Shown: piece after piece, positions 34,176-42,902 of the stretch
Layout of the letters: each line of letters begins with the position of its first letter
Position numbering within the stretch: position 1 is the first letter of the stretch
From: Alphaproteobacteria bacterium
GTDB lineage: Bacteria; Pseudomonadota; Alphaproteobacteria; UBA2966
Assembly (NCBI GenBank): GCA_964291395.2
Contig: OZ219857.1
Span: 27,143-91,142 of the forward strand
Direction of reading: 5' to 3'
DNA: 64,000 bases
Translations under genes and position numbers: made by a program
Notes under the pieces: model-generated
The model's database searches: none
What the model saw: the letters and a program-made list of their open reading frames with translations, nothing else
Told to the model about the DNA's origin: nothing

Positions 34176-35471
34176 ATGAGCAAACGGAACGGAGAGAGCG
34201 GCTTGAACCGGCGCCATTTTCTTGCAACCGCGGCCGCGGCAACCACGGCGGTATCGGGGCTGTCAGCGCCGGCGGTGCTCGCGCAAGGCCGCCCCCGCGT
34301 CGTGGTCGTGGGCGGCGGCGCGGGCGGTGCGACGGCGGCGCGCTACATCGCCAAGGATTCGAAGGGTGCCGTGGATGTGACGCTCGTGGAACCGAGCCGC
34401 GCCTACTACTCCTGCTTCTTCTCGAACCTCTATATCGGCGGCTTCCGCGAGTTCGCGTCGATCGGTCACAGCTACGGAGCGCTGGCCGCGAATCACGGGA
34501 TCAACGTCGTGCACGACTGGGCGGTCTCCATCGACCGCGACGCGCGGAGCGTGGGGCTCGCGGGCGGGGGCAGCCTCGCCTACGACCGCCTCGTGCTCTC
34601 GCCGGGCATCGACTTCCGCGAAGGCTCCGTTCCCGGATGGGACCTGTCACAGCAGAACCGCATGCCGCACGCCTACAAGGCCGGCTCGCAAACCCAGCTT
34701 CTCAAGGCGCAAATCGAAGCCATGCCGCAAGGCGGCGTCTATTGCATGGTGGCGCCGCCGAACCCGTTCCGCTGCCCGCCGGGGCCCTATGAGCGGATTT
34801 CGATGGTGGCCCACGTGCTGAAACAGGCCAATCCGACGGCGAAGATCCTGATCGTCGACCCCAAGGAGAAGTTCTCCAAGCAGGGATTGTTCGAGGACGG
34901 CTGGCAGCGCCACTACCCCGGCATGATCGAGCGCGTCGGTCCGGATTTCGGCGGCGACAAGGTCGAGGTGCGGCCCGACAGCCTGGAGGTGGTGGTGGAC
35001 GGCGAGGTGACGAAGGTGGATGTCTGCAACGTCATTCCCGCGCAGCAGGCGGGGCGCGTCGCGGCGCTCGCGGGCGTCACCGACGAGTCCGGCTGGGCGC
35101 CGGTCGTGCCGCACACCATGGAGAGTCGCGCGGACGCCAATATTCACGTGCTGGGCGACGCGGCGCTGCAGGGCGACATGCCGAAGTCGGGCTTCTCGGC
35201 CAACAGCCAGGCGAAGGTCTGCGCCATGGCGGTGCGCGGGGCGCTTACCGGGTCCTCGGTGTTCCCGTCGCGGTTCTCCAACACCTGCTGGTCGCTCATC
35301 GGCACCGATGACGGCGTCAAGGTCGGCGCTTCCTACGAAGCGACCGACGAGAAGATCGCCAAGACCGACGGCTTCATTTCCAAGACCGGCGAAAGCGCGG
35401 AACTGCGCAAGGCGACCTACGAGGAATCGCTCGGCTGGTATGACGCCATTACCGGGGACATGTTCAGCTGA
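34176..35471 (+). CDS. Flavocytochrome-c sulfide dehydrogenase flavoprotein subunit (FccB/SoxF-like)
   Basis: ATG at 34176, 8 nt after AGGAGA. Tat leader 'NRRHFLATAAAATTAV', FAD fold 'VVVVGGGAGGATAARY', and 'YSCFFSN' (redox Cys region). Confidence 0.85.
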   Translation: MSKRNGESGLNRRHFLATAAAATTAVSGLSAPAVLAQGRPRVVVVGGGAGGATAARYIAKDSKGAVDVTLVEPSRAYYSCFFSNLYIGGFREFASIGHSYGALAANHGINVVHDWAVSIDRDARSVGLAGGGSLAYDRLVLSPGIDFREGSVPGWDLSQQNRMPHAYKAGSQTQLLKAQIEAMPQGGVYCMVAPPNPFRCPPGPYERISMVAHVLKQANPTAKILIVDPKEKFSKQGLFEDGWQRHYPGMIERVGPDFGGDKVEVRPDSLEVVVDGEVTKVDVCNVIPAQQAGRVAALAGVTDESGWAPVVPHTMESRADANIHVLGDAALQGDMPKSGFSANSQAKVCAMAVRGALTGSSVFPSRFSNTCWSLIGTDDGVKVGASYEATDEKIAKTDGFISKTGESAELRKATYEESLGWYDAITGDMFS

Positions 35472-35479
35472 TCCCGCTG

Positions 35480-35510
35480 ACGGCGCTTACGCCCCGGGCG
35501 GGAGCGCCGT
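35480..35510. terminator. GC-rich hairpin between convergent fccB and yeeE (candidate bidirectional terminator)
   Basis: The arms 35480-35493 and 35497-35510 (acggcgcttacgcc … gggcgggagcgccgt) pair around a 3-nt loop with one mismatch and a G-T pair. There is no clear U-tract. Confidence 0.3.
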
Positions 35511-35525
35511 AGCCCCTCCGCCGCA

Positions 35526-36551
35526 CTATCGGGCGGCGAGGAGCACGCCGACGGCCCGCGCCGAAGCCGCCATCGCGGCGAGCGCGAGGAGAGCGGCAAG
35601 GCTCGCGGTCGAGACGCCGGAGAGTCCGGCGCCGACCGTGCAGCCGCCTGCCAGCACGCCGCCGGCGCCCATCATCACGGCGCCGGCGAGGTAGCGCCCG
35701 GTCTGCCGCGGCCCCTCCAGGCTCCGCCAGCGGAACTCGCCGGCCGCCAGCGCCGCCGCCAAGCTGCCGAGAAGAACGCCTGCCGCGAGGCCCGTGCCGA
35801 AGCCGGCCGGAATCGACGTCGCCGCCACGACCCAGAACAGCGTGTCGGCCATCGGCCCGGTGAAGCCCATCGACTGCACGGGAATCGGGTCGAAGTCATC
35901 CAGCAGCACGAAGCCCGTGCCGATCCAGCCGAGCGGCACCAGCAGACCGATCGCGGCGGCCATCGCCAAATGGGCGATCCGCGCGCGGGAGAAGAGCGCG
36001 AAGACGAACGCGGCACCCGCGATGACCAGCGGCCAGACCTCGCCGCCGGGCCATGCCGAGAGCGCCGTCGCCGCTCCGCCGGAGAGGGACGCGTCGCCGA
36101 GCGCCTGGCGTATCGGTGCCAGCGCGCCCTTCATCACCGCATGGGCCGTGACGGCAAAGACGATCAGGACGATCAGGGCGCGCAGATTGCCGCCGCCGAC
36201 CAGCACCGTGAGGCGCGAGACGCAGCCGCCCGCGAGCACCATGCCGGCCCCGAACAGCGCGCCACCCAGCAGTACGGAGACTACCGGCAGGTCAGACGCG
36301 AGAAACCGGTGCGCCTCGAAGGAGATCAGGTCCATGGCGACTGCAAGCCGGGTTCCGGCGATCGCGCACGCCAGCGCCATCGTCCATGCGCCCAGCGCCG
36401 GCAGGCAATCGCGCCACCGGCCGACCAGACTGCGGCGCAGACAGAAAGCGCTGCGCTGCGCCAGGGCGCCGTAGGCGCAGCCGAGCACCAAACCCAGCAG
36501 GACAGACGCCGTGAGCGGTGTCAGATGCTCGAATCCCAGTTCCTCGAACAT
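35526..36551 (-). CDS. YeeE/YedE-family sulfur-compound (thiosulfate) transporter
   Basis: ATG at 36551 (MFEELGFEHLTPL…). 341 aa, polytopic, with three conserved Cys contexts 'RSAFCLRRS', 'LAGGCVSRL' and 'LAGGCTVGAG'. Confidence 0.8.
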   Translation of the reverse strand: MFEELGFEHLTPLTASVLLGLVLGCAYGALAQRSAFCLRRSLVGRWRDCLPALGAWTMALACAIAGTRLAVAMDLISFEAHRFLASDLPVVSVLLGGALFGAGMVLAGGCVSRLTVLVGGGNLRALIVLIVFAVTAHAVMKGALAPIRQALGDASLSGGAATALSAWPGGEVWPLVIAGAAFVFALFSRARIAHLAMAAAIGLLVPLGWIGTGFVLLDDFDPIPVQSMGFTGPMADTLFWVVAATSIPAGFGTGLAAGVLLGSLAAALAAGEFRWRSLEGPRQTGRYLAGAVMMGAGGVLAGGCTVGAGLSGVSTASLAALLALAAMAASARAVGVLLAAR

Positions 36552-36761
36552 GGAGGGCCGCCAATCCTGTTCCTTCCGGCGCGCAACGACCGGCCGAGTC
36601 CGGACCTCAAGCGGCCATGGGACCGACCGGCCCCCACCGAGTGGTCCAGTGTGAATGTTAGTCGAGCGGTGTCGGCGAGGCCACGTCCGAGGACCGGAAA
36701 TGCCTCCCGCGTGTACGGTCTCACGTCCCGGCGTGGGCAAGGGCAAGGGTGCCGGGCCTTT

Positions 36762-36941
36762 CTACCCTGCAACCGGGGCTCTCGTACCATCCAGGCGTTC
36801 GATGCCCTCGCCGCCGACCCGGCACACCGCCACGGTGCGTCCGTAGCGGTCCCGGTCTTTTTCTTCGCACACGACCGCACGGCCGGAGATCCGTCCCTGC
36901 TCTGTTCGCGGACTGGACCGGTTGCCGCAACGGAGCGTCAC
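36762..36941 (-). pseudogene. Possible thermonuclease (SNase)-family gene remnant
   Basis: The minus-strand frame reads '…GRISGRAVVCEEKDRDRYGRTVAVCRVGGEG…'. The motif expected next, 'NAWMVRE', appears in a different frame ('ASNAWMVREP'). This suggests a frameshifted fragment. No signal peptide or N-terminal half is present. Confidence 0.3.
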
Positions 36942-37062
36942 TGCCGGTCATGCGGTGACGCTCATCCCAATGGCCCGCACCTCGCCATCCAAGGCCGGGC
37001 CCGGGGCGGTGACGGCGCCCGTCGCGGTTTCGCGGCATGAACGTCGCCACGCCATCGGCCGG

Positions 37063-37968
37063 CTAGGGACTCACGACTTGCAGCCCCAGGGTTCGCGCAA
37101 GCTTCGGCAACTCGTCGAGTACGAACTCCCGAAATGCGAAGGCAAGCGGGCTCGGCACGGAATCGCCGTGTCTCAGCAATCCGACCATGCGCCAGACTTC
37201 CTCGTCGGCCAGATCGAGGGCCACGACGCCGTCGGGCAGATGGACCACCGCCAACGCCGGAAGCAGCGTCGTTCCGAATCCCGCCTTCGCCAGCGCCAGC
37301 AGCGACGTCACGTTCCAGACCTGTATCGAAGCCTTTTCCGCCAGCGCCCTGTAAGGGGACGTCTCGATCTTCTCCGAAGCGCCGTTCAGGATCAGGTTTT
37401 CGCCTTCGAGCTCCGACCAGTGAACGGGCTTGCCAGCAATTGCCAGATCGCTCTCGCCGCTACAGACAACCTTGAAGCGATCCCGAAAAAGCGGCTCGAA
37501 GATGACCGGGGCGCTCGACTGCGGCTGTCCGGCAATTCCGAGATCCGCCTGCCCCGTCTCGACGAATATGCGAACGTTCCGGCTATCGATATCCAGGAGC
37601 TCGATCTCGATGCCGGGCCTGTCCCGGACGAAGCGGGGCAGCAAGGACGGAACCAGGTTGGTGGCGACGGAAGGGACCGAGGCAAGGGTAAGCCGGCCAA
37701 TGCGGTTGCCGGCGTAAGCGCGGATTCCGTCGACCGTTCGATCATAGCTCCGGATCTGAAGGCGCGCCGTGTCGAGCGTGAACGCGCCAAGAGCAGTCAA
37801 TCTGTTCTTGCGGTCGGTTTCGAAGAGCGCGCCGCCGACTTCGTGCTCGAGCTGCTTCAGGGTCATCGAGACCGCCGAAGCCGTCCGGCAAAGCCGTTCG
37901 GCCGCGTCCTTGATATTGCCGGCCTCGGCCACGGCGACGAAGGTCCGCAGCGTTTCCAGCTTGATCAT
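37063..37968 (-). CDS. LysR-family transcriptional regulator
   Basis: 301 aa. wHTH 'LRTFVAVAEAGNIKDAAERLCRTASAVSMTLKQLE'. Divergent from the 38166 operon. Confidence 0.9.
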   Translation of the reverse strand: MIKLETLRTFVAVAEAGNIKDAAERLCRTASAVSMTLKQLEHEVGGALFETDRKNRLTALGAFTLDTARLQIRSYDRTVDGIRAYAGNRIGRLTLASVPSVATNLVPSLLPRFVRDRPGIEIELLDIDSRNVRIFVETGQADLGIAGQPQSSAPVIFEPLFRDRFKVVCSGESDLAIAGKPVHWSELEGENLILNGASEKIETSPYRALAEKASIQVWNVTSLLALAKAGFGTTLLPALAVVHLPDGVVALDLADEEVWRMVGLLRHGDSVPSPLAFAFREFVLDELPKLARTLGLQVVSP

Positions 37969-37978
37969 GGCCCATGTA

Positions 37979-37995
37979 TTTCAAGTAATATGAAA
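37979..37995. promoter_or_regulatory. LysR-type T-N11-A box candidate (TTTCA-N7-TGAAA)
   Basis: Perfect 5-bp inverted repeat 'tttcaagtaatatgaaa', 11 bp upstream of the lysR start codon, inside the AT-richer 197-bp divergent intergenic region. Confidence 0.5.
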
Positions 37996-38165
37996 ACGGC
38001 AACAGAAAATTCGATTTGATTGAAGTTTCCGAATGCCCGATGGTCGTTCGCCGGGCCGGAGAGTTCCGCTTCGCGGGCAGGCCGGCGAACGTCTTCATCG
38101 ACGCCGACGACGATCGCGGCCCAGGCAGCCTGCGGGGCCTCTCTCCAGGAAGACCGACATAGATC

Positions 38166-39155
38166 ATGCAGAAAATCGCCGTTATCGACGGTCTCCAGTA
38201 CGCCAACTGGTCGGAAACGATATTTCGGCAGATGCGCGACGGCGATGTCGCCGCCGTCCATGTGACGATCTGCTATCACGAGAATTTCCGCGAAACCGTA
38301 AAGAACATTGCCGCCTGGAACCGGCGTTTCGAACAATTTCGCGACTTGATATTTCCGCTTCACTCGGCGGTCGATGTCGAGAAGGCGATGAAGGAGAAGC
38401 GCACGGCCATCGTGTTCGGCTGCCAGAACTGCTCTCCCATCGAGAACGACATCGACCTCGTGCATATGTGCAGGCAGCTCGGCATCCGTTTCATGCAGCT
38501 CTCCTATAACAACCAGAGCCTGCTAGCCAGCGGATGCTACGAGGCGGAAGACACGGGCATCACGCGGATGGGCCGGCAGGTCATTCGGGAAATGAACCGG
38601 GTCGGCATGGCGGTCGACATGAGCCATTCGGGCGAGAAATCGACCCTGCAGGCCATCGAACTCTCGCAGCGGCCGATCGCGATCACGCACGCCAATCCGG
38701 CGAAATGGCACCCCGCGCCGCGCAACAAGTCCGACACGGTGCTGAAGGCGCTGGCCGAGAGCGGCGGGATGCTCGGCGTGTCGCTCTATCCGCATCACCT
38801 GAAGAACGGCTCGGCCTGCTCCCTGTCGAGCTTCTGCGGGATGATCGCCGAGACGGTCGAGCTCATGGGGATCGACCACGTAGGCTTCGGCAGCGATCTT
38901 TGTCAGGACCAGCCGGACAGCGTGGTCGCCTGGATGCGCAACGGCAGCTGGACGCGCGACGTCGATCATGGCGAGGGCGCGCCCGGCTCGGAGGGATTCC
39001 CGGAGCAACCGGGCTGGTTCAGGGACAACCGGCACTTCGGAGCCATTCTCGGCGGGCTCGAGCAGACCGGCTTTTCCCGCGAGGAGCTGGAGAAGATCGC
39101 TCACGGCAACTGGCTGCGATTCTTCGTCGACTCCTTCGACGCCCGGGAATCGTGA
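38166..39155 (+). CDS. M19 (renal/membrane dipeptidase) family homolog with a degenerate metal site
   Basis: 329 aa. Family blocks 'REMNRVGMAVDMSHSG', 'PIAITHANP' and 'VGFGSDLCQD' are present. The N-terminal 'DGHNDL' block reads 'IDGLQYANW' and the 'EGG' block reads 'GCQNCS'. Confidence 0.8.
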   Translation: MQKIAVIDGLQYANWSETIFRQMRDGDVAAVHVTICYHENFRETVKNIAAWNRRFEQFRDLIFPLHSAVDVEKAMKEKRTAIVFGCQNCSPIENDIDLVHMCRQLGIRFMQLSYNNQSLLASGCYEAEDTGITRMGRQVIREMNRVGMAVDMSHSGEKSTLQAIELSQRPIAITHANPAKWHPAPRNKSDTVLKALAESGGMLGVSLYPHHLKNGSACSLSSFCGMIAETVELMGIDHVGFGSDLCQDQPDSVVAWMRNGSWTRDVDHGEGAPGSEGFPEQPGWFRDNRHFGAILGGLEQTGFSREELEKIAHGNWLRFFVDSFDARES

Positions 39156-40864
39156 TGGGGTGCCCGGACGAGCACCGGGCGACCGCTCCGCTGCGTGCCC
39201 CCGAGCACGTCATGCGGCTCGAACGCATGGGCGCGTCGTTCCAGACGCGCCTGAGCTTCATGCGGCAGCTGATCCGCCGCATGCGGAGCGAGCGATGGCG
39301 GCTCGAGCGGCTGCGCTTCGACCTCGATGCGGCGGGACGCGGCGTCGCGGTCTACGCCGCCCACGGCCCGCAGCGCACGTACTCGCTCATCGCCTACACG
39401 CACGAAATCGCACCGGAGCAGCGCACCGACCGCGTGATCGCGGAGGCCTGGGACGCCACGTTCTCGTTCTTCGACGGCGTGCCGGACGATGCGGATATCG
39501 AACGGCTGCGCGCCAATACGCCGAGGCAGGAGGACGGCCGCTTCAGATCGAGCGAGCTCACGCTGGCGCGGGCCAACAAGAGCATGCGCCTGTTCGAGCA
39601 CGTCGTCGAAAGCCTCGCCGCCGGCCGACAGCCCGACGCGGCCCGCCTGGCCGACGTCGGCTACCTGATGCGCACCACGGCGGTCTACGGAAGCGGCAAG
39701 TTCGGCTGCGCCGACCGCGCGAAGATCGCGGACCGGCCGGAGATGCGCGGGCCCTTTCAGGCCGAGATGCTCACCGTCTACCTGATCCGCTGGCTGAGCA
39801 TCGATCTGGTCAACCACGTTGCGCGCGGCCGGGGCGGCGCGCGGGCCGTCGATCTGGACGCGAACTATGCGCGCTATCTGGGCATCGGCAACGCCACCGG
39901 GCTGGGAATGGCTCCCTTCCTCATCAAGCACCCCATCCTCATCAACAATTGGGTCTTGGCACGGGAGACGGCGCTGGCGCGCGTGCGGGCCCTTCCGTCC
40001 GCGACCGCCGGGCAGATTGCCGGCTTCATGGCCCTTCTGGGCCGCGCTCGCCGCTTCGTGGGCGAGTGGAACGTCGATGACGAAGCACAGATGAAGCGCA
40101 TTCACAGGCTGCGTCTCGAGCTCGGCGCATTGGAGAGCTGGTGCCGGGCCGGGCTTCACCGCCCCCGTCCGTGGGATGCGATGCATCTCCACGCCGAGCA
40201 GGCTTTCTCCGCCGAGGGCCAGGAGTTCACCGCGTCGCTGCTGCTCGAGCAGCACGGCCCGGTCGTGGACGCGCTCGGCGACGAGATGAGCGCCCCGGAG
40301 CCGCTCAGGCTGAGGCCCGACATGCCGCTGGGAGAACTTCGCCGCATCATCGATACGCACTATGGCTGGGCGTTGACCACCGACTATTCGCGGCCCGAGG
40401 CCGTTCAGCGGTTCTGGTACTACTCCCAGGAGAAGCTCGAGCCCCGGGTCGGGGACCGTCACAGCGAACCCGGCGCCGATCTCGAGATGCCCATCGCGAT
40501 CGCCCGGGAAGTGAGCGGGCTCAGGCACCGGCTTCTGAAGCGCGACGCCTCGCTCAAGGTTGCCGATTTTCTGGTAGAGGCACCGGAGTACCGCAGCATC
40601 GTGTGGCGGGTGCAGATAGCCCCGAATTGTCCCTATGGCGAGATCCGCGACAATCTGCTCGGCGCCGGCCAGCGCCCGGTCGATATCCTGCGCTTCAAGC
40701 TCGCCTTCTTCGGCGTCTCCAAATTCGATCCGAAGTCCGACCTGTGGACTCGGGTCAACATGTATCAGGGCGCGCCGCTGCCGCATGAAATCGCCGACCG
40801 GCGGGAGACGGAGTGGGTGTTTCCGACCAGACCCGGGAGGCTGTCGTCCGGGGCGACGCCGTGA
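39155..40864 (+). CDS. Hypothetical protein, 569 aa, no family recognised
   Basis: The ATG overlaps the upstream stop (GTGATGG). Coding-like GC3 bias holds throughout and the ORF is long and uninterrupted. No motif known to me. The listed ORF 38534..40864 is an out-of-frame 5' extension across the dipeptidase gene. Confidence 0.7.
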   Translation: MGCPDEHRATAPLRAPEHVMRLERMGASFQTRLSFMRQLIRRMRSERWRLERLRFDLDAAGRGVAVYAAHGPQRTYSLIAYTHEIAPEQRTDRVIAEAWDATFSFFDGVPDDADIERLRANTPRQEDGRFRSSELTLARANKSMRLFEHVVESLAAGRQPDAARLADVGYLMRTTAVYGSGKFGCADRAKIADRPEMRGPFQAEMLTVYLIRWLSIDLVNHVARGRGGARAVDLDANYARYLGIGNATGLGMAPFLIKHPILINNWVLARETALARVRALPSATAGQIAGFMALLGRARRFVGEWNVDDEAQMKRIHRLRLELGALESWCRAGLHRPRPWDAMHLHAEQAFSAEGQEFTASLLLEQHGPVVDALGDEMSAPEPLRLRPDMPLGELRRIIDTHYGWALTTDYSRPEAVQRFWYYSQEKLEPRVGDRHSEPGADLEMPIAIAREVSGLRHRLLKRDASLKVADFLVEAPEYRSIVWRVQIAPNCPYGEIRDNLLGAGQRPVDILRFKLAFFGVSKFDPKSDLWTRVNMYQGAPLPHEIADRRETEWVFPTRPGRLSSGATP

Positions 40865-41604
40865 GCGATCCGACGACGCCCCTTTCGCTGAACGAAATCG
40901 ACTTCTACTTCACGCGCGCGGCAGTGGGGGCGGGTGCGCCGTTCGGGATCGGCGAGGACTTTGCCGAGGCGTCCAGGTATCTGGCCTATCTGGGCCTCGA
41001 TCCGGCCCGGGCCGCCCTGCCGGCTCTGCATGGACTCGGCCGCGGCCAGAGCGGCACGTCGCTCACGCTGCGCACCGCGGGGGATGCCATTCATGTCGGG
41101 AGCGGCGACGGTCTCGTCCTGTCCGCGCTCTACGCCGGACCGGTGATCGCCGACCGGCTGTCGATCGAATCGGGACGTGGCATGGAGCGGCGCCTGCGGC
41201 TCGACGACACCGACCAGCCGCTGCTGGTCCTGGGTGCGGTCGCCGCGGCGAGCATCGACGCAGCCCGGATCGCTCTCTCCTGGCCTTTGCGGAACGGCGG
41301 GCGCGCGGCGGTCGAGCTGAGCGGCGGCATCGCGACCATCGCCGGTTCCCATGCCGGAGACACCGCTTCGCCCGGGCCTTCCCCGATCGACATCGTCCTG
41401 AACGGCGCCGCTTCGGAGATAGCGCCGGAGCGCGTTGCGACCAGGAGTCTCGCGGACGGCAGGTCCAGGGCTGTCCGCCACGGCGTGGACGTGGACGACG
41501 CGGCCAGAGCGACGGTGCTGGCGTTCTTCGACAAGTGCCTCGTGCCCACCACCGATCGGTCGCGCGATGCGGGGGCGGGGGCCGGACTCACGGACAACGA
41601 CTGA
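40861..41604 (+). CDS. DUF3726-like protein
   Basis: The GTG start overlaps the upstream stop (GTGA). 'LSLNEIDFYFTRAAVGAGAPFGIGEDFAEASRYLAYLGLD' matches my memory of the DUF3726 N-terminal block. 247 aa. Confidence 0.6.
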   Translation: MSDPTTPLSLNEIDFYFTRAAVGAGAPFGIGEDFAEASRYLAYLGLDPARAALPALHGLGRGQSGTSLTLRTAGDAIHVGSGDGLVLSALYAGPVIADRLSIESGRGMERRLRLDDTDQPLLVLGAVAAASIDAARIALSWPLRNGGRAAVELSGGIATIAGSHAGDTASPGPSPIDIVLNGAASEIAPERVATRSLADGRSRAVRHGVDVDDAARATVLAFFDKCLVPTTDRSRDAGAGAGLTDND

Positions 41605-41693
41605 GCGGCCATGGCCCGACCCGGTCGAGTAACCGGCAATGCACCGACATTCGACCTGGACCAGTCGACGGGGCGGGCCACCAGATCGGTGGG

Positions 41694-41781
41694 TGGCGGA
41701 GGGGGTGGGATTCGAACCCACGGTACGCAAGCGTACACGCGCTCTCCAAGCGCGCGCCTTCGACCACTCGGCCACCCCTCC
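41694..41781 (-). tRNA. tRNA-Ser (anticodon GGA)
   Basis: The reverse complement folds as a class II tRNA: acceptor GGAGGGG/CCCCTCC, anticodon stem CGCGC/GCGCG with loop TTGGAGA (GGA), long variable arm GTACG-CTTG-CGTAC, T-arm GTGGG-TTCGAAT-CCCAC, discriminator G, and an encoded CCA. Confidence 0.93.
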
Positions 41782-41945
41782 TCGAGAGCGTGCGGCACGT
41801 TATGACCGCTCCCGCCATTTTGCAACGCTGGTCGCAGGGCCGGCAGCGGAGCGAGGAAGAGCACCCCATTCACGAGGTCGAACCACCAATTCCAACCAAA
41901 TGGAATTTGCACTAGTGTTTCCAGAGGAGAACGGGAGAGCATTCA

Positions 41946-42902
41946 TTGTCGGTCCTGATAACGGGCGGTACCGGCTTCATCGGCAGCCGTGTTGCGCGAG
42001 TTCTGTTGTCGAAAGACCGGTCGGTCGTCTGCCTGGACCATGCGCCGAACGCGCAGCGGTTCGCGGACCTCGACAACGAGTCGCGTCCGGCCGTCGTCCA
42101 GGGCGACACCGCGCACATGGATGACCTCGTTGCCGCGATCCGGGAGCACGGTATCCGTCGCATCATCCACCTCGCGGCGCTGCTGCCCCCGATAACCGAG
42201 GACGAACCGCGGCTCGCCATGCGGATCAACGTGATGGGCGCAACGAACGTCTTCGAGGCCGCCGCGAGACTGGGCGTCGAGCGCGTCGTCTACGCCAGTT
42301 CCGTGGCCGTGTTCGACGACCAGGAATACTATGGCGATCGCCCCGTCAACGAGGACGACGAAGTCCACCCCTGCATCATTTATGGTCACACCAAGGTGAT
42401 GAACGAGGTCGTCGCACGGCGTTACACGGAACGCTTCGGCCTCGACACGCGGGCGCTACGGCCGGCCTCCGTCTTCGGATACGGCAGAACGACGGGGCGA
42501 AGCGCGGAGGTGTCGCGGATCATCCGCGGCGCCGCAATCGACGGCAAGTTCACGTCGACGCAATCCCCGAAGCAAACGTCTTCGCTCATTCACGTCGACG
42601 ATATCGTCGAGATGTTCGCGCGCCTGTGCCTGGCGGACGGCCTGGAACGGGGTACCTACGTGTCGGGCGGGACGACCGCCAGCCTGGAGGAGATCGCGGC
42701 GATGGTCGTCAAGCACCTTCCGGACGCGGAGATCTCATTCCCCGACGGCGTCGACCTCTATCCGAACCTGCAGAAGTCGGACGGCAGCCGCCTCGCGCGC
42801 GACATCAAGTATCAATTCCCCGATATCGAATCGCGAATCGCGGAGACCATCGACGAAGCCCGTCTCGACAACGGCATGACTCCGCTGAGCCGGTCATCAT
42901 GA
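41946..42902 (+). CDS. NAD-dependent epimerase/dehydratase family protein
   Basis: TTG start. 'VLITGGTGFIGSRVARVL', with catalytic 'YGHTKVM' (YxxxK). Confidence 0.85.
   Translation: MSVLITGGTGFIGSRVARVLLSKDRSVVCLDHAPNAQRFADLDNESRPAVVQGDTAHMDDLVAAIREHGIRRIIHLAALLPPITEDEPRLAMRINVMGATNVFEAAARLGVERVVYASSVAVFDDQEYYGDRPVNEDDEVHPCIIYGHTKVMNEVVARRYTERFGLDTRALRPASVFGYGRTTGRSAEVSRIIRGAAIDGKFTSTQSPKQTSSLIHVDDIVEMFARLCLADGLERGTYVSGGTTASLEEIAAMVVKHLPDAEISFPDGVDLYPNLQKSDGSRLARDIKYQFPDIESRIAETIDEARLDNGMTPLSRSS

Noticed and set aside
41605-41945. tRNA-Ser(GGA) as a possible genomic-island integration site.
   Set aside because: There is no integrase gene, no duplicated tRNA 3' segment (attL/attR-like repeat) and no compositional break visible on either side. 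The flanking genes look like ordinary chromosomal genes.
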